A stretch of 64,000 nt of DNA from Leucoraja ocellata (taxonomy: Eukaryota): positions 10,602,001-10,666,000 of the forward strand of contig JAWMAR010000040.1 of the NCBI GenBank assembly GCA_036785375.1. Direction: 5' to 3'. The translations under genes and the position numbers were made by a program. Shown piece after piece: positions 1-13,428 of this stretch (positions are counted from its first letter, which is position 1; each line of letters opens with the position of its first letter). Below the pieces are notes generated by a model, which had not been told where the DNA came from, did not search any database, and saw only the letters and a list, made by a program, of their open reading frames with translations.

Positions 1-28
1 TCTTCCCAAATATGTCCAACGCATTCAG
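1..28 (+). CDS. NDUFS3: NADH:ubiquinone oxidoreductase core subunit S3, internal exon (5'-truncated by window)
   Basis: Encodes LPKYVQRIQ followed by donor CAG|gtaagc; in frame with the next exon. Confidence 0.85.
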
Positions 29-44
29 GTAAGCTGTATGATCT

Positions 45-420
45 ATATGAGCTGCCTGAGCTGTAGGGAGAAGTTGAGCAGGCTCAGACTTTATACGTTA
101 CAACACAGGATGATGAGGGATGATCTTATAGAGGTGTATAAAATCATGAGAAGAATAGATAGGGTAAATGCACAGAGTCTTTTACCCAGAATAGAGTAAT
201 CAAGAACCTGAGGGGCAACGTTTTTACACAAAGGGTGGTAAGTTTATGAAACAAGCTGCCAGAGGAGGTAGCTTGAGGCATGTACGATTACCATGTTTAG
301 AAGGTTACGGGCTAAATGCAGGCAGGTGGGACGAGTATAGATGGGACACGTTGGTTGGCATGGGCAAGTAAGGCCGAATGACCTGTTTCCACACTGTATG
401 TCTCTGTGACTCTCTATGTC
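45..420 (+). mobile_element. CR1 LINE 3' fragment in NDUFS3 intron
   Basis: Decayed ORF2 C-terminus (GDLIEVYKIM-like) plus CR1 3' tail. Confidence 0.8.
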
Positions 421-527
421 CCGCTGAATGTTTTTGGCATTTTCTGTATTTATTTCAAATTCCCAAAACCTGCAATTATTTTTTATTTTTCTTCAATACA
501 TATCTTTGTCTTGCCTTTGTTCAATAG

Positions 528-677
528 GTAACTTGTTTCAATGAATTGGAACTCTGCATCCATCCAGATGGCATAATACCGGTGCTGACATTCCTGCGAG
601 ATCATACCAATGCCCAATTTAAATCGCTTGCTGATGAGACTGCAGTGGATGTCCCAACTCGTCCGTTTAGATTCGAG
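528..677 (+). CDS. NDUFS3: NDUFS3 exon
   Basis: ag| [50 protein letters not shown] |gtaatg; 150 nt, phase 0/0. Confidence 0.96.
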
Positions 678-1517
678 GTAATGGGATTAAAGGGTCAGGG
701 CTACAGTTATGAAGTATTACATTTATAGCAGCTTTTAAATTGTGCATATTTTATTATGAGAATTTCAAATTACTTTGTATTTATTAGATTTTACTTGGAA
801 TGCTTATTGCTTGCCGAAGCATAAAATATATTGGGTAAAATGTTGTCTAAAATGGAAGACTACTTCCTTCCAAAGTAGATCTTGTATGAGAAGTAGGAAC
901 AGAACAGAAGTGAAAGAGTTATGTGTGCAGTGCTCAAAGAACACAATAAATAGCAAATGGCATAGGTCAGGACTCTGACAATCTTCATCAGATCACACTT
1001 TTGAGTGAAATTAACAAAAATACATGTGAGCGGCATGTGAGTGCATAGTCTCAAATGAACCTTACAACAGCATCTTTATCAATGAGACACCATTGCCAAT
1101 TGGATATTGTCAATTACACTGAGAATGGACTTCAACGTCTTTATTTCTTGAATGTTGGCATAGACTTCATACATGCAAATATCACTGCAATCACCTATCA
1201 GAAAATAAAGCTCAAAGAAAATTTGCGTATTTTGTTTGAACACTTTTCCACACATCACTTCCTTTTGATGCTTAAAAAAGTATAGAGTTAATCATAAACA
1301 AAAGCCATGATAGGAAAATCCAAATTGCCAAATCACTTGTTTAATTCCATGCATGCATAAATATAAAGAATATGCAATTATGTATTTCAGAGTTTTACAA
1401 AAATTAACAATTTGTGCAAGACTTTCATTTGTTTCGGTGTATCTTGTATCTTGTTTCAGTGTTCTGATTAATGATAGTCATGGTTGAATTTTAAGATAAC
1501 TGCTTCTTTTACAATAG

Positions 1518-1643
1518 ATTGTATATAACATGCTTTCGCTGCGGTTTAATTCTCGCATACGTGTGAAAACTTACACCGATGAGTTGACGCCGTTGGATTC
1601 CTTGGTACCTGTGTTTCAAGCTGCAAACTGGTATGAAAGAGAG
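1518..1643 (+). CDS. NDUFS3: NDUFS3 exon
   Basis: ag| [42 protein letters not shown] |gtgagc; 126 nt. Confidence 0.96.
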
Positions 1644-2929
1644 GTGAGCTGAAGCAATACAATGATTTTTTTTCCAGCTCAGGCAAAGGGCATTGATCTG
1701 AGATTGATTTTGTTGCTCTCACCATGAATATAAGCTGACCTGAATTCTTGAGGTGGGAGGTTGCAACCTTCACGTGGTCCGCCCTGTTTCAACGAATGCA
1801 ATCAACCTGACGTGCATAATCAAATAAGATCAAATAGAACAAGTTGTCCGTCAACTTTAGGCTGTGCACGACATACGCAAGAAGAAGACCTGGATTCTCC
1901 TGTTTTATTAATAGTTTGCCTCCTGGAAAGGCAAGACAAAGTGCAATGCTTGGAGGGATGTAACCTTAAGGAGTGGTAGATAATTGAACTAAGAGCAGAG
2001 CAGAGCAATAGTAGATATCGGAGGCTAGAGCTTGCTGACAGAATCTGATGGACCGGCAAAGAAGAGGTTCAACAACATTCTGACAGCCTATTAATTATTA
2101 ATGAGGGTAGATTATTCATTTAATTGAATATGAAAACAAGGCTTTAGGTAGCTAGTTGTAGGCAGGATTGGAGATCAGTATGAAGAAAACTCCAAATCAT
2201 TGCTTTATCGTTAAATGTCTAAAAACCAAAGGTAGACTCCAGTCTCAATGGGACTTCTTACCTGTTGTGATGAGAGATGTTATTTAAATGATTTACTTTT
2301 TTTATAGAACTTGCTGAACTACTTTGTACATTGTAACAAATACCAATTGAAGGTTGTGTGTACAAATTCAGGATGGCTATCTAATTTGGTGGAGGAAAGT
2401 TGCTTGTGGATGTCAGTAGTACAGATTTGAATTTTTAATTTGAGGTATGGCATCAGTTTTGGGGGCATCCAGCCTTTGATGGCTCTTAATTTATCTGGAA
2501 AGAGCAGATTTGATAAACTGGGTGACTTTTACTTCATTGATTTGTTAAAATTTGAATTCCAAGTGAAAAATCATGAGGCTTTTAGGGTTGAATTGGACTT
2601 AACTGTTGTAAGATGCTTATTTTCCAAAAGCAGCCACACAATTAATAATACGATTTAAAACAACTCTACTGCGCTTTGGGATGCAAGCACGGAAAATAGG
2701 ACATTAGATTAAGTCAAGATACAATAAATGATCTAATTCAGAAGTGACATTTAAGTAATGTATTTATTATGTATGGTTTTATAATTTAAAACATTTTATC
2801 CAGTAGATAATTTTAGATTTTGTAGGTTGGATGCACAAATTTCCGATGTCTTTCATAAATATATTGAATCTATTAAGTCTACAATTTAAAGTTTATAATT
2901 AAATTAGAAATTTCTACTATTCATTCCAG

Positions 2930-3049
2930 ATTTGGGATATGTATGGTGTATTCTTTGCTAACCATCCAGACCTGAGACGAATTCTTACAGACTATGGATT
3001 TGAAGGCCATCCTTTCCGCAAAGACTTTCCACTGTCTGGCTATGTGGAG
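2930..3049 (+). CDS. NDUFS3: NDUFS3 exon (complex I 30 kDa signature)
   Basis: ttccag| [40 protein letters not shown] |gtataa; 120 nt. Confidence 0.97.
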
Positions 3050-3149
3050 GTATAACATCTGGTTTCTACAATAATGTAGCTATCAATTTTTTTTAATTGA
3101 CTTTTGCTTTTCTCTACCATTCACCCTGTTCCTGAAATTTCTGAAAAAA

Positions 3150-3665
3150 GTTTTGAGTATTGCGTGCAGTATTTGGAGTATTGCCTGCAGTTCTGTTGCT
3201 ACGTGACAGGAAGGATGTGGAGATTTTGAAGAGGGTGCAGAGGAGGTTTACCAAAATGTTGCCTTGTTTAGAGGCTTTCAGGTACAAGGAGAAGTTGGAT
3301 AAACTTGGATTGTTTTCTTTGGAAGGTCTGAGGTTGAGGGGAGACTTGATAGACAGTCAGAGCATTTTACCCAGGGTAAAAATGCCCAACACTGGAGCTC
3401 ATAGTTGTAAGGTGAGAGGGGGAAAGTTTAATGGAGATATACATGTCAAGTTTTGTATACGGTGTTGGGGGCCTAGAAGGCATTGCCTGAGGTGGTGGTG
3501 GAGGAGATTTGAGGCTTTTAAGAGGCTTTTAGATATGCAAGTGCAAGGAATAGAGGAATATGGATCATGTACAAGCAGATGAGATCTGTTTAATTTGGCA
3601 CCAAGTTTGGCCCAAATATTTTGGGCCTAAGGGCCCATTTCTGTGCAGTACGTTCTAGGTTCTAA
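3150..3665 (+). mobile_element. CR1 LINE 3' fragment
   Basis: RVQRRFTKMLP...LGLFSLE..RLRGDLI. Confidence 0.85.
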
Positions 3666-3774
3666 AAATCTGCAATGCAAGCACATCAGCTATTTAGAAA
3701 TAATTAAACATCAATGTTAATTGTTCGATCTCATGAAGTATGTCACCCATGTTACTTGTTACCTTTTCTTCCAG

Positions 3775-3942
3775 GTACGTTATGATGATGAAGTCAAACG
3801 TGTGGTTGCTGAGCCAGTTGAACTATCCCAGGAATTCCGCAAATTTGACCTCAATAGCCCGTGGGAAACTTTCCCAGCACATCGTGAGCCGGTTGAATTA
3901 CCAAAACTTGACGCTGGAGAGAAAAAGCCTGAGACAAAGTGA
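3775..3942 (+). CDS. NDUFS3: NDUFS3 terminal coding exon
   Basis: ttcttccag| [39 protein letters not shown]...PETK*. Confidence 0.96.
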   Translation, partial: VRYDDEVKRVVAEPVELSQEFRKFDLNSPWETFPAHREPVELPKLDAGEKKPETK

Positions 3943-4049
3943 CTAGAGACAGCTGCATCTTAGGGAAGGCTCTGCGTAATATCACTTCTCACGTGGACCC
4001 AAGTAGCTGTTGTACTGTAACACCAAATGGTCTGTGTGATATTTATGTA

Positions 4050-4055
4050 AATAAA
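4050..4055 (+). terminator. NDUFS3 polyadenylation signal
   Basis: AATAAA about 108 nt after the stop codon, followed by GU/U-rich sequence. Confidence 0.7.
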
Positions 4056-4329
4056 TTACTTGTATAAGGTTGCTTTGCTGTAACTTTAATTGTATTTCAA
4101 CTCTTAATAACTCCGTGCTGTGAAATTTGCACTTTTAATTTGGACATCTGAATAATAGTGAGATAATGATAAGGCTGTTTGATTTGGCCCATAAAAACTA
4201 CCAATTCCTTTGTTTTTACAGTTCATATTGCTTGGGTACTGGATTTTATAGTTTAGTGATCGACTGAGTCAAATCTAAATGTGGCCTTTATCAAGTCTTT
4301 CAAAACCAATGAATTTTAAATAAACTGGA

Positions 4330-5460
4330 ATTTTGAAATTGCCCAGCTTCAGCAAAGAATGGGGCAGGAGAGTTGGTGGTGAGGAGATTTATGGGTATGT
4401 AAGAGGATATGGAGGGAGAGATGTATTTCTCCTCAGCTTTTACCGTGGAGAAAGACATGGAGACTGGGGAACTGGGTCAATTAATGGAGATGGCCTGAGG
4501 AGGTTTAGGAGGTGCTGGACATCCTGAGGAGTATGAAGGTAGATAAATCTCCTGGGCCTGATTAGATATATCTGAGGACACTGGGAGGCTAGAAGAAATT
4601 GCAGGTTTCTGAGAAACTGCCCTGGCTGAGATATATAAATCATCATTAGACATGCATGAAGTATTGGAGGGTGGTTAATGTTGTGCCTCTATTTGAGAAG
4701 GGCTGAAAGGAAAAGAAAGAGAACTACAGACCAGTGAGCCTAACACTTGTGGTAGGCAAATACTGGAGAGTACTCTGAGGGATAAGGTATATATGCATTT
4801 GGATAGATGGGCTAATGAGGAATAGTCAGCATGGGCTAGTACATGAGAGATCATGTCTTCAAAATCTCACTAGCTTTTTGGAGAAGTAACCAAAAAAGTT
4901 GATGAGGGCAAAACATTGTCTACATGGACTTCAGCAAGGCATTTAATACAGTTCCGCATGGTAGGCTACTCTGGAAGGTTGGATCTTATGGGCTCCTGGG
5001 AGAGCAAGCTGTCTGGATAGAGAATTGACTTCATGGAAAGATGCAGAAGGAGACGGTGGAAGGTTATTTTTTGGATTGGAGGCCTGTGATTATTGGAGTT
5101 CCTCTAGGGATCCCCACTGGGCCCATTGCTGTGTGTGGTTTATATCAACAATGTGGAAGGCATGATTAGTAAGTTTACAGATGACACTGAAGTGGGTGGC
5201 ATTGTAGACAGCAAAAAGGGTTATCAAATGCTACAGCAGGATCTTGACCAGCTGGGCAAGTAGGCGGGGAAATGGTTGATGGACTTTAACGCAGATAACT
5301 GTGAGGTGTTGCATTTGGGAAGTCAAACCAGGGCAAGACCTTCACTGGGAATGACAAGGCTCTGGAGAGTTGTACAACAGAGGGATCTAAGAATGCAGGT
5401 ACATAGTTTCTTGAAAGTTGCGTCACAGGTAGATAGGGTGGTCAAGAAGGCGTTCGGTAA
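4330..5460 (+). mobile_element. Degenerate CR1 ORF2 (RT) fragment
   Basis: NYRPVSLT, YMDFSKAF, F.DDT and CEVLHLG motifs broken by stops and frameshifts. Confidence 0.85.
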
Positions 5461-6296
5461 AACTTGAATCGCCAATTGCTGGTAAATGGAGTCAATATAG
5501 CTCGGTACTTGATGGTTGACATGTGGTTGTTGGCCTAAGGGCCTGATTTTGGAATAGGTTCCAGGAAAGTAAATAGGATTGCTCTGAGAATTGCTCTGGC
5601 TCAATGAGCTAAATATCCTCTTTCTGCAGTGGAAGTAAACATGAGAAACGCTGTTTATTTTAAAGTACTACTCCACAGTACATTTTTCCATACTCTATAT
5701 ATGTACATTCCTCTTAAATATCACTCAAGCAGAAAATTACCAGCTGAAAATTGGTGTCATTTGCTTAAACTTTCCTCATCACCTAGAAGGGTTACTACAA
5801 AGAATTAAACTAACTTTTTTCTGTTCTCAATTTGCTTGTTTCTTGGTGACTATTAGTAGATAGTGTTTAATTGCGGCTTCTTCCACTTTATCTTCGAAGT
5901 TGAATCTCAGATTCAACTGCTTTATCTTCTAAGTTTCGTCCACTTTATCGTCTACGTTTTTTCCAGTTTGGCACATGAACCAATTTACCTTTTGAAGTAA
6001 AAGCAGTGTGATCTTCATTGAACTCTGAAAGCTGGTTCAGTGGGGGAAAAAAAACAGGTCACATGCTAACGTTAGGATGTCTACAGGACGTTTGGAAAAG
6101 CAAGAGGCTTCACCAGACCTGCTTTTGGAGATTCCTGTAATACAGAGGGCTTGATGTTACAGTTACTGAACAAACGTTAGTGTAGAAATAGCCAGGGCTA
6201 TGACAGAAATTTTTCAAATGTCATTAGAAATGGGAATAGTCCCCGAGGATTGGCGTACTGCGCATGTTGTTCCATTGTTTAAAAAGGGTTCTAACA

Positions 6297-6512
6297 GGAA
6301 ACCTGAACAGAAACCTCTGGAGACTTTGCGCCCCACCCCATGGTTTCCGTGCGGTTCCCGGAGGTTGCAGGTGGTTGCCGGAGGTTGCAGGTAGTGGAAG
6401 CAGGTAGGGAGACTGACAAAAACCTTCGGGAACCACCGGGAACCGCACGGACCTTGGGTGGGGCGCAAAGTCTCCAGAGGTTTTTGTTCAGGTTTCCTAA
6501 GTGGGACAGGGG
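6297..6512. mobile_element. Harbinger-like MITE (palindromic, left end truncated) next to a CR1 scrap (about 6180-6296)
   Basis: Long internal inverted repeat (gaaacctgaacagaaacctctggagactttgcgcccc / ggggcgcaaagtctccagaggtttttgttcaggtttc); right end AGTGGGACAGGGGC-TTA-like. Confidence 0.7.
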
Positions 6513-7407
6513 CATTAGCGTTCTGGGTGTATCCTGATCGATCACCAGGTTGTCTGGTACAGATTTTGCAGTCAAGACACTGCTGTAATTATTGATAAAC
6601 ATTTTCACTATCTAGAATACGACCTATATTAGTGTTATTTATTTGAAGTTTCTTTGATTCAAGAACATCAAAAATAATAACATAGCTACTCTTTTGCTTT
6701 AATATTAATAACTGAAATCAGATAGTAATATTTAGGCAGTGGGTATATGCTATTGCTAACAATTGTTTCTGCTGGCATACTTTGAACAGCGCCGATTAGG
6801 TCAGATGTTGGCATCATTACAATCATCTATCTGACTTTGTATATGGAAAACACGTTCAACAGGTTAGTCTACCACTCTCTCAAGAGGAGTTGGAAAAACA
6901 AGGAATTGTTCCACACAGGTATTTATTTCAATTGCATGGGTGTAATAATAAACTGTATAATGGATTGTGAACCTGAGCAGCTATACTTAGTCGCTAAACA
7001 AGATCATTACTCACCAAAATTGCCCAACTTAAAGATGATTGATCACTTTGCTCTGATGAAATTAATTGTACAAAAAGAAATCAGACCGATTCTTCCCACC
7101 ATCCTGAATTGGAAAGACATCATGGTTCCGTCATTATCACTGTCCACCAACAGGATTGGGGGAGTACCTTCCCAACAAAGAAGACAGTGGTTCAAAATTG
7201 CATCTGACCATCACTTTCACAAACGGTGATTAGGGATGGGTAATAATTGCTGCGCTCTTGGCTCTTGTGCACTTCCTGGAAACAATGTGAGCAAAGGACA
7301 AAGTGGCTGAGAGGTTCCTTAGTGGTACAGTAATATGTTGCTGCACAGGGGACCTTGCTAGGCATCATGAGATTGTAGTTCTGTATGTCTGTGTCATAAA
7401 TGTCTCT

Positions 7408-7800
7408 GACAGACAGCTGTGGAGGCCAAGTCAATGGATATTTTTAAGGCAGAGATTGACAGATTCTTGATTAGTAAGACTGTAAAAATTAGTAAGGGGC
7501 CATTAAAAAAAAAAAAAAACTTACTGTTTCCGGTTCAGGCACTGTGCACACAGCAGCCAGCCAACAGTGTTTCATGTATTTTGTGTTTGTTTCATGTATT
7601 TTGTGTTTTTATGACTGTTGACAGATCAATTTCCCTCCTGGGATAAATAAAGTTCTATCGTATCATATCGTGTCAGGGGTTATGGAAGAAGGCATGAGAA
7701 TGGGGTTGAGAGTGAAAGGTAGATCATCCATGATTGAAAAGCGAAGTCGACTTGATGGGCCGAATGGCCTAATTCTGCTCCTAGAACTTATGAACATGAA
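7408..7800 (+). mobile_element. CR1 3' end with internal insertion
   Basis: VEAKSMDIFKAEIDRFLIS followed by the CR1 3' UTR. Confidence 0.75.
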
Positions 7801-9559
7801 ATCTTTAGCTTTCAATGCAGTTGCCCTGAATTAGTATGTATTTACAGCCAGTATCGCTTGCCCTAATGAAAGGGCTCTCAATGATAATTCAAGGAACTAG
7901 TATTAGATTTTGAAGAGTAACCAAGATGGGAGAGGCTGGATGGATATTAAAACGGCACCACAACCTCCAATGGACCATGTATTGCGAATTCAGATATGAA
8001 GATGTGGGCAAAGCTTTGGATAATTCAGGGCTGGGCTACAAAGAAAGAAGGCCTCAGCCAGAACGTGCTGAGGTAATTGATTGAATGGTAACTGACAATT
8101 GATGATTATTTTCAGTGGCAGACTCCCAGCACTGGAGAGGCTAGGAGTGCTCCTTTCTCTTATAATTGAAGAGGCCTCCGTTGTCCTGTTGGTCACTTGG
8201 TCACTTGGTCAACAAATAAGTGCTCTCTGATGTTAAGGCACCAATGTTAAAGGTGCTTTGCATGTGCTGTGTACATGTATGCAATAGGACCAAATGCATT
8301 TTGTGATTGGTTTTGCCCTTGGATATCTGCCCTGTAATATATGCAAGAAGATGTATTCAGCTTTCTGGAACATAAAGTGTTCTGTCTTTGCAATAGTGGA
8401 AGGCAAACTTTGATAGGTTAAAAATATCACTAGCTCAAGCCTGGAGGAGATTGAGACACACAGAGACACAGTGATGTGGCCATGGTGACAAATCAGCTCT
8501 TGCCCTGTCTAGAGGTTGATGAGCAATTACATGTGAACTAGAATCAGGAGCAGGAATGTATACTTGGCCTCTAGTGCCTACTCCACCAGGACTGATCTCA
8601 CTAGAACCTCAGCTCTCCATTTCTGCCTCGTATCCACGGTAACCTTTCACCCTATTTACCTTTTCTGAAATTGGATTTGACAAATTTTAGTGAAGATATC
8701 CCTACTCAATCTCAGCCTCCTCCAGATCATGGTTGACCCCAACCTTGCTCATTGTTTGCCTCTGATGGGATGACTTTTGCAGTTGCATGGCTCCTAAATC
8801 TGGCCAGTCATCATTCTTTGACGTAAAGTGGATCCGAGTGACAACCAAACTGCACGCAGCAGAAAGGCCTTGCTCACGGATTTCTTGATTATTTTCTGGT
8901 GACTCATACTTCTTGAAAGCATCTGAAACATAATTAACAATTTTTATAAAATCACTCAAAATCACCTTTGAGATATGCTAATTAAATAAAAAACATTAAT
9001 GTCAATTAAAATTAAGTTTGGAAAAAGCACCTACCTGAAGTTAATTTAGTTCTGCCAGCTTAATCGACCAAGAATGATATGAAATATACCTGGCCCCATA
9101 GGTCAATATGATTAGGAATGGTAACGGGGTGCAGTGAGGAGGGCATATGTGTGTGCATATGACCTCCATTGTTTTCTGAGCTTTACTAAGCAGAGATGTC
9201 TGATCCACTGTTCCTCACTATGATTCACATTGGCAAGTTCTTCTCTTGAAGCACTGGCCTGCTGCTGAGTTTTGTTCTCCCTCCTCCTGCCTCTTGTAGC
9301 TGCATGCAACTACTCATTCTCTCGGCCATGCCAAGTACCACATGGATCCCCTCAAATGCAGCATGCTTTGGAGGAACTGGTTATTCCAGATGGCTTGAAG
9401 TCAAACTTTGGGTACTAGTCCCTGCAGAAACCAGTAAACCATTGTTAAATTACAGTAACAGTCAGTAGAAATCAGTGAGAAACCAAACAAGTTATTGATG
9501 AGCCATTTTAATAGACTTTGTGGAATTCTTCCTCCTCCCAATCGCGTCCATCTGAACAC

Positions 9560-10085
9560 ATTTAGATTTAGGTTTAGGTTTATTATTGTCACGTGTACCG
9601 AGGTACAGTGAAAAGATTTGTTTTTCATGCTATCCAAACAGATCAGATAATATTATACATAAATATAATCAAGTCAGACACATGTATAGATAGACCAAAG
9701 AGGAAGATACAGAGTGCAGAATACATTCCTCAGCTTTCAGCTACATCAGTTCCATGGACAAATTACAATGGGATAGAGGTGAATCGAACAGTACCCTAGC
9801 TTACGGTAGGACTGTTTAGAAGCCTGATAACAGTGGGGAAGAAGCTGTTCCTGAGTCTAGTGGTGCGTGCTTTCAAGCTTCTGTACCTTCTGTCAGACGG
9901 GAGCAGGGAGAAGAAGGAATGACTGGGGAGGAGCAAGTCTTTGATTATGTTGGCTGCTTTCCGAGGCAGTGTGAGGTGCAGATGGGGTCAATGGTGGGAT
10001 GTCTAGTCTGTGTGACGGTCTGGGCTATATCTACAACTCTGCAATTTCTTACGATCTTGGGCAGAGTTGTTCCCAAACCAAGCTC
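9560..10085 (-). mobile_element. Rex1/Babar-type LINE 3' fragment
   Basis: Reverse strand resembles the Rex1 C-terminus (...LKNSFFPTVIRLLN) and 3' tail, as in the 53.0 and 63.3 kb copies. Confidence 0.65.
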
Positions 10086-11669
10086 TCATTAGCATGAGCA
10101 TCAAGCACCAGTTTGGCAGAACTGGCATGAAAGTGACATTGCCGACTGATTGTTGATATGGCCTGACTAGTCTGTGTTCTTCCAGCAGGTGTTACATTGC
10201 ACACGCTAACACATTTCCTAACATGATGGCTGGCTCGGCCTGCAGAGTGGTGCAAATTAGAATTAATTTGGCACCCTCTGAGCTCAACCAGCCAGTGCTA
10301 CAGAGCTGGATTCTGTACCCACTCTACTATATATTAATAGATTATATCCGTGACCATTTCAGCTTATTTAAAATATATTTAAGCCTGTTCTGCAAACGGA
10401 GGATGCATGCAATATGGTAGCTATAAAATATGAAGGCTTCATGCATAACCACGCAAAGAATGTGGTGACATATTCATGTTGGCAGAGAGAACAGAAGACA
10501 AAGCTGTCATTTAAAATTAAATTTAAAATTAAATTATGGATGGCACAATTCCAGAGGGTCAGCATTCATTGAAATGTCTGCCGAACAGGATGAGTCATGA
10601 TATTTAAAAGACCTGGAGGAGCAAGAAGTGCAGGAATGCTGTTTACAATGTGGTGATAATGCCAACAGAGAAATGGCTGCAGGCATTGGAGGGGGAAGTA
10701 CATGAAGAGGCAGTGATGAGGAAGTATGCAACTGATACATTAATTGCTGAACAGCCCCATATTTAATCTTCATACATTTTCATGCTGGCACTTTACTGAC
10801 ACATGGAAATGGTTAATTCTTAATTAACTTTTGCCTCCTGAGTGAGTTTCTATTCACATTCTGGACAGGTCAATTTTCAATACCTGGTAGAAACATTTAA
10901 TTGATAAATTTGTCCTTCAAGCTTTCCTTATCAAAGTTTCATTGATATCTCGTCGATCCTCCTACGGATTAATTGCTGAAGGTACATTTCCGGAAGGCCG
11001 ATGAAAAGCCATCAATGGAAGAGTCTTGGCCCTCCATAAGCTCAGGTGAATGACTTGGCTGACTACTTACGCAAAATAAAGTTTTGTCAAGATGTGTGGG
11101 AGGCCTCATTATTATAATCTCATTAAATGAATAACATGATGAGATATTATTGTGGTGAAAGAGAGGAAAGTTAAAATAAAACTAGTAATAGAAAAGGGGC
11201 TCTCTAGTGATGTTCTCCAGGCAGAGAATTGCAACGTGACCTTTAGTCATTTATATTCTCCTGAACGTAATCTTACATGCGCATGAAATTATTATAATCG
11301 GTGATATCCGTGTATGTTTAATTTATATGAAAGCTAATTCATGCCTTTGGATCACATTATCTGGTACAACAATGTGAAAAAGCACCCTTCCCTAACATGC
11401 TCACAAAGTGGCAGAGTTCCATTTCATACATGAATTATGCATCACATCCTCTTGAAAAGAGCATGGTGGATTGACAAATGTCATTGAGAATTTTGCAGCA
11501 GAAATCTGTAGAATATTAAGTACGGAGCAATTGTAATGTTAACTGTGTTGCTTGGCTAGGAACCTCTGACTCGGGTTGAGTGCAGGAACTAAATCACAAG
11601 GACTTGTAGTTTATAATTTTAATATTCTTGAACAGTATATTGTCATGTATTCATCTCTATAACTTCTGC

Positions 11670-12790
11670 CACCTTTAAGAGCATTCCACCATCAGACAGA
11701 TTTCTCTCCATCTCCCCTTTAAGAATTTTGAAGGGACCAATCTTTCTGTGACTCCCTGGTTTGCTCTTCCTTATTTACCATCCATTCCCTTTCCATTAGC
11801 ATCTCAATTTTGCTACTTAGGGAGATGCAGCACGGCTCTTCAAACTCATTCTGTTAATACTGACCAAATTAAAGACACCATAAAATGGATGATCCCTGCA
11901 CTTGTCAGAATTGCTTAACCCTTGTCAGTTGAAATTTACAGGCTTTGGATGGCGCCAGCCAGCCAAGGCTCAGACTGACATGCAGGATGGTGAAGGATCC
12001 AGGTGTTCTTCTTGTTTCTCCTAACTTGATAAAATGTATAATAGTTTTGCAAATTAACGTTAAATGCATCATTCCGATTGGATTGCTGCAAAGGCATTGC
12101 AAATAGTATAAATAATGTTGCAAAATGAGTGCCCTGTTAATTGTTGATTGGTTGAAATGTTGAGCCTTGGGGGAACTGTTTGAATCCCAGGGCACATGTT
12201 GCACTATTCATCTGTGTTGGCTTCCTTCTTGAAGCTTCTTTCAAATACAATGCATTCCAGATTGTATTATTGGGTTATGGAACTGTCAATTATGTACTGT
12301 TATTATCAATATGTTTGATTGGTTTTTAAAGAGACCGCCCCCATGTGGTTCGGCCCCTCAAAGTTCGGGGACCTATACAAGGTAGCTCCCACGAGGTCCG
12401 ATGTCAATCTTCTGGAAGGACGCTTGGGACTGCGCGACCTTTTGGAGCGTCTGTGCTTGCACGAGTCTGGAAGGGCTCGGCCAAGCAGATACAAGGATCG
12501 AACCAGTGGTGGTTAGGTATTGTATAGGGAACTGTAGTTGTGTTATCCAAAATAAAGTTTAGTTGCTCAAGTGCTTGATTCAGTATTTTATTGACTGAAA
12601 CTAGACTGGGGGGAGCATAGAACAAGCTATTTACAATTCCTTCTTGCGAATCAGGAATACAAACTGTTCCCAGATGCACACAATGTGGCCTCCTCGACAC
12701 TGGAGATGTTGAATGCAGGCTGGGTCACTTCTTCACAGGAAACGTCCATGTGGTGTGCCAAGCTGATGCTCAGTTTCAAATTCTTAGGGA
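11670..12790 (+). mobile_element. Two scattered Penelope-like (GIY-YIG) relics, about 11670-11840 and 12665-12790
   Basis: Degenerate RD.SL.DSLV and RCTQCGLL..GD...RLG motifs typical of the Penelope endonuclease region. Confidence 0.5.
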
Positions 12791-13077
12791 GGTAGTTAGT
12801 AGAGTTTCCTCCGTTTCACAATGATGTGCATGGGAATACGTCAATATGGCCGCACATATATGGCAATATATTAATATGGTTCCCTAAGTGCAGCACTGGA
12901 GGCCATGCTGCTGCCTAGATCATGCTGATGGAGCCCAGTACACTGTGTTGGTAGGAGGGGTCTCCAGGGGCGGTGCTGTAGGCGGTGGCTCTCAGTTGGT
13001 ATTATTTGGGCAATTATTCTTCAGAGCACAGCACAATCAAGCATTGAAATGTGATGCATGTTATCTAAAATTGAGTT

Positions 13078-13262
13078 TTTAGTTTAGTTTAGTTTAGAGA
13101 TACAGCACGGAAACAGGCCCTTCGGCCACTGAGTCCGCGCCGACCAGCGATCCCCGGACACTAGCACTATTCTACACATACTAAAGATAATTTACAATTT
13201 TACCAAAGCCAATTAACTTCCAAACCCTTACGTCTTTGTAGTGTGGGAGGTAACTGGAGTGG
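13078..13262 (-). mobile_element. HE1/V-SINE-like element (other copies near 13810-13990 +, 21925-22070 -, 35780-35890 -, 37775-37925 -)
   Basis: (gttta)n tail plus gagatacagcacggaaacaggcccttcggcc...gaccagcgatcccc, repeated across the window; 3' end shared with CR1. Confidence 0.7.
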
Positions 13263-13428
13263 GAAGATTTTTTTTTTTGTAACATGCAGAACATAAGATA
13301 TATAAGGTAGACACAAAATACTGGAGTAACTCAGCAGGTCAGGCAGCATCTCTGGAGAGAAGGAATTACGTTTCGGGTTGAGACCCTTCTTCAGATATAG
13401 GAGTAAGTGAGATTTTCGCTTCCTGAAG

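Noticed and set aside
6837-7229. 130-aa ORF as the missing PNT exon of the ETS gene
   Set aside because: Only faint HPE/W resemblance in mixed frames and no convincing splice boundaries.
12300-12530. GC-richer patch with short ORFs on both strands
   Set aside because: No recognisable protein motif; more likely an unclassified repeat or LTR fragment.
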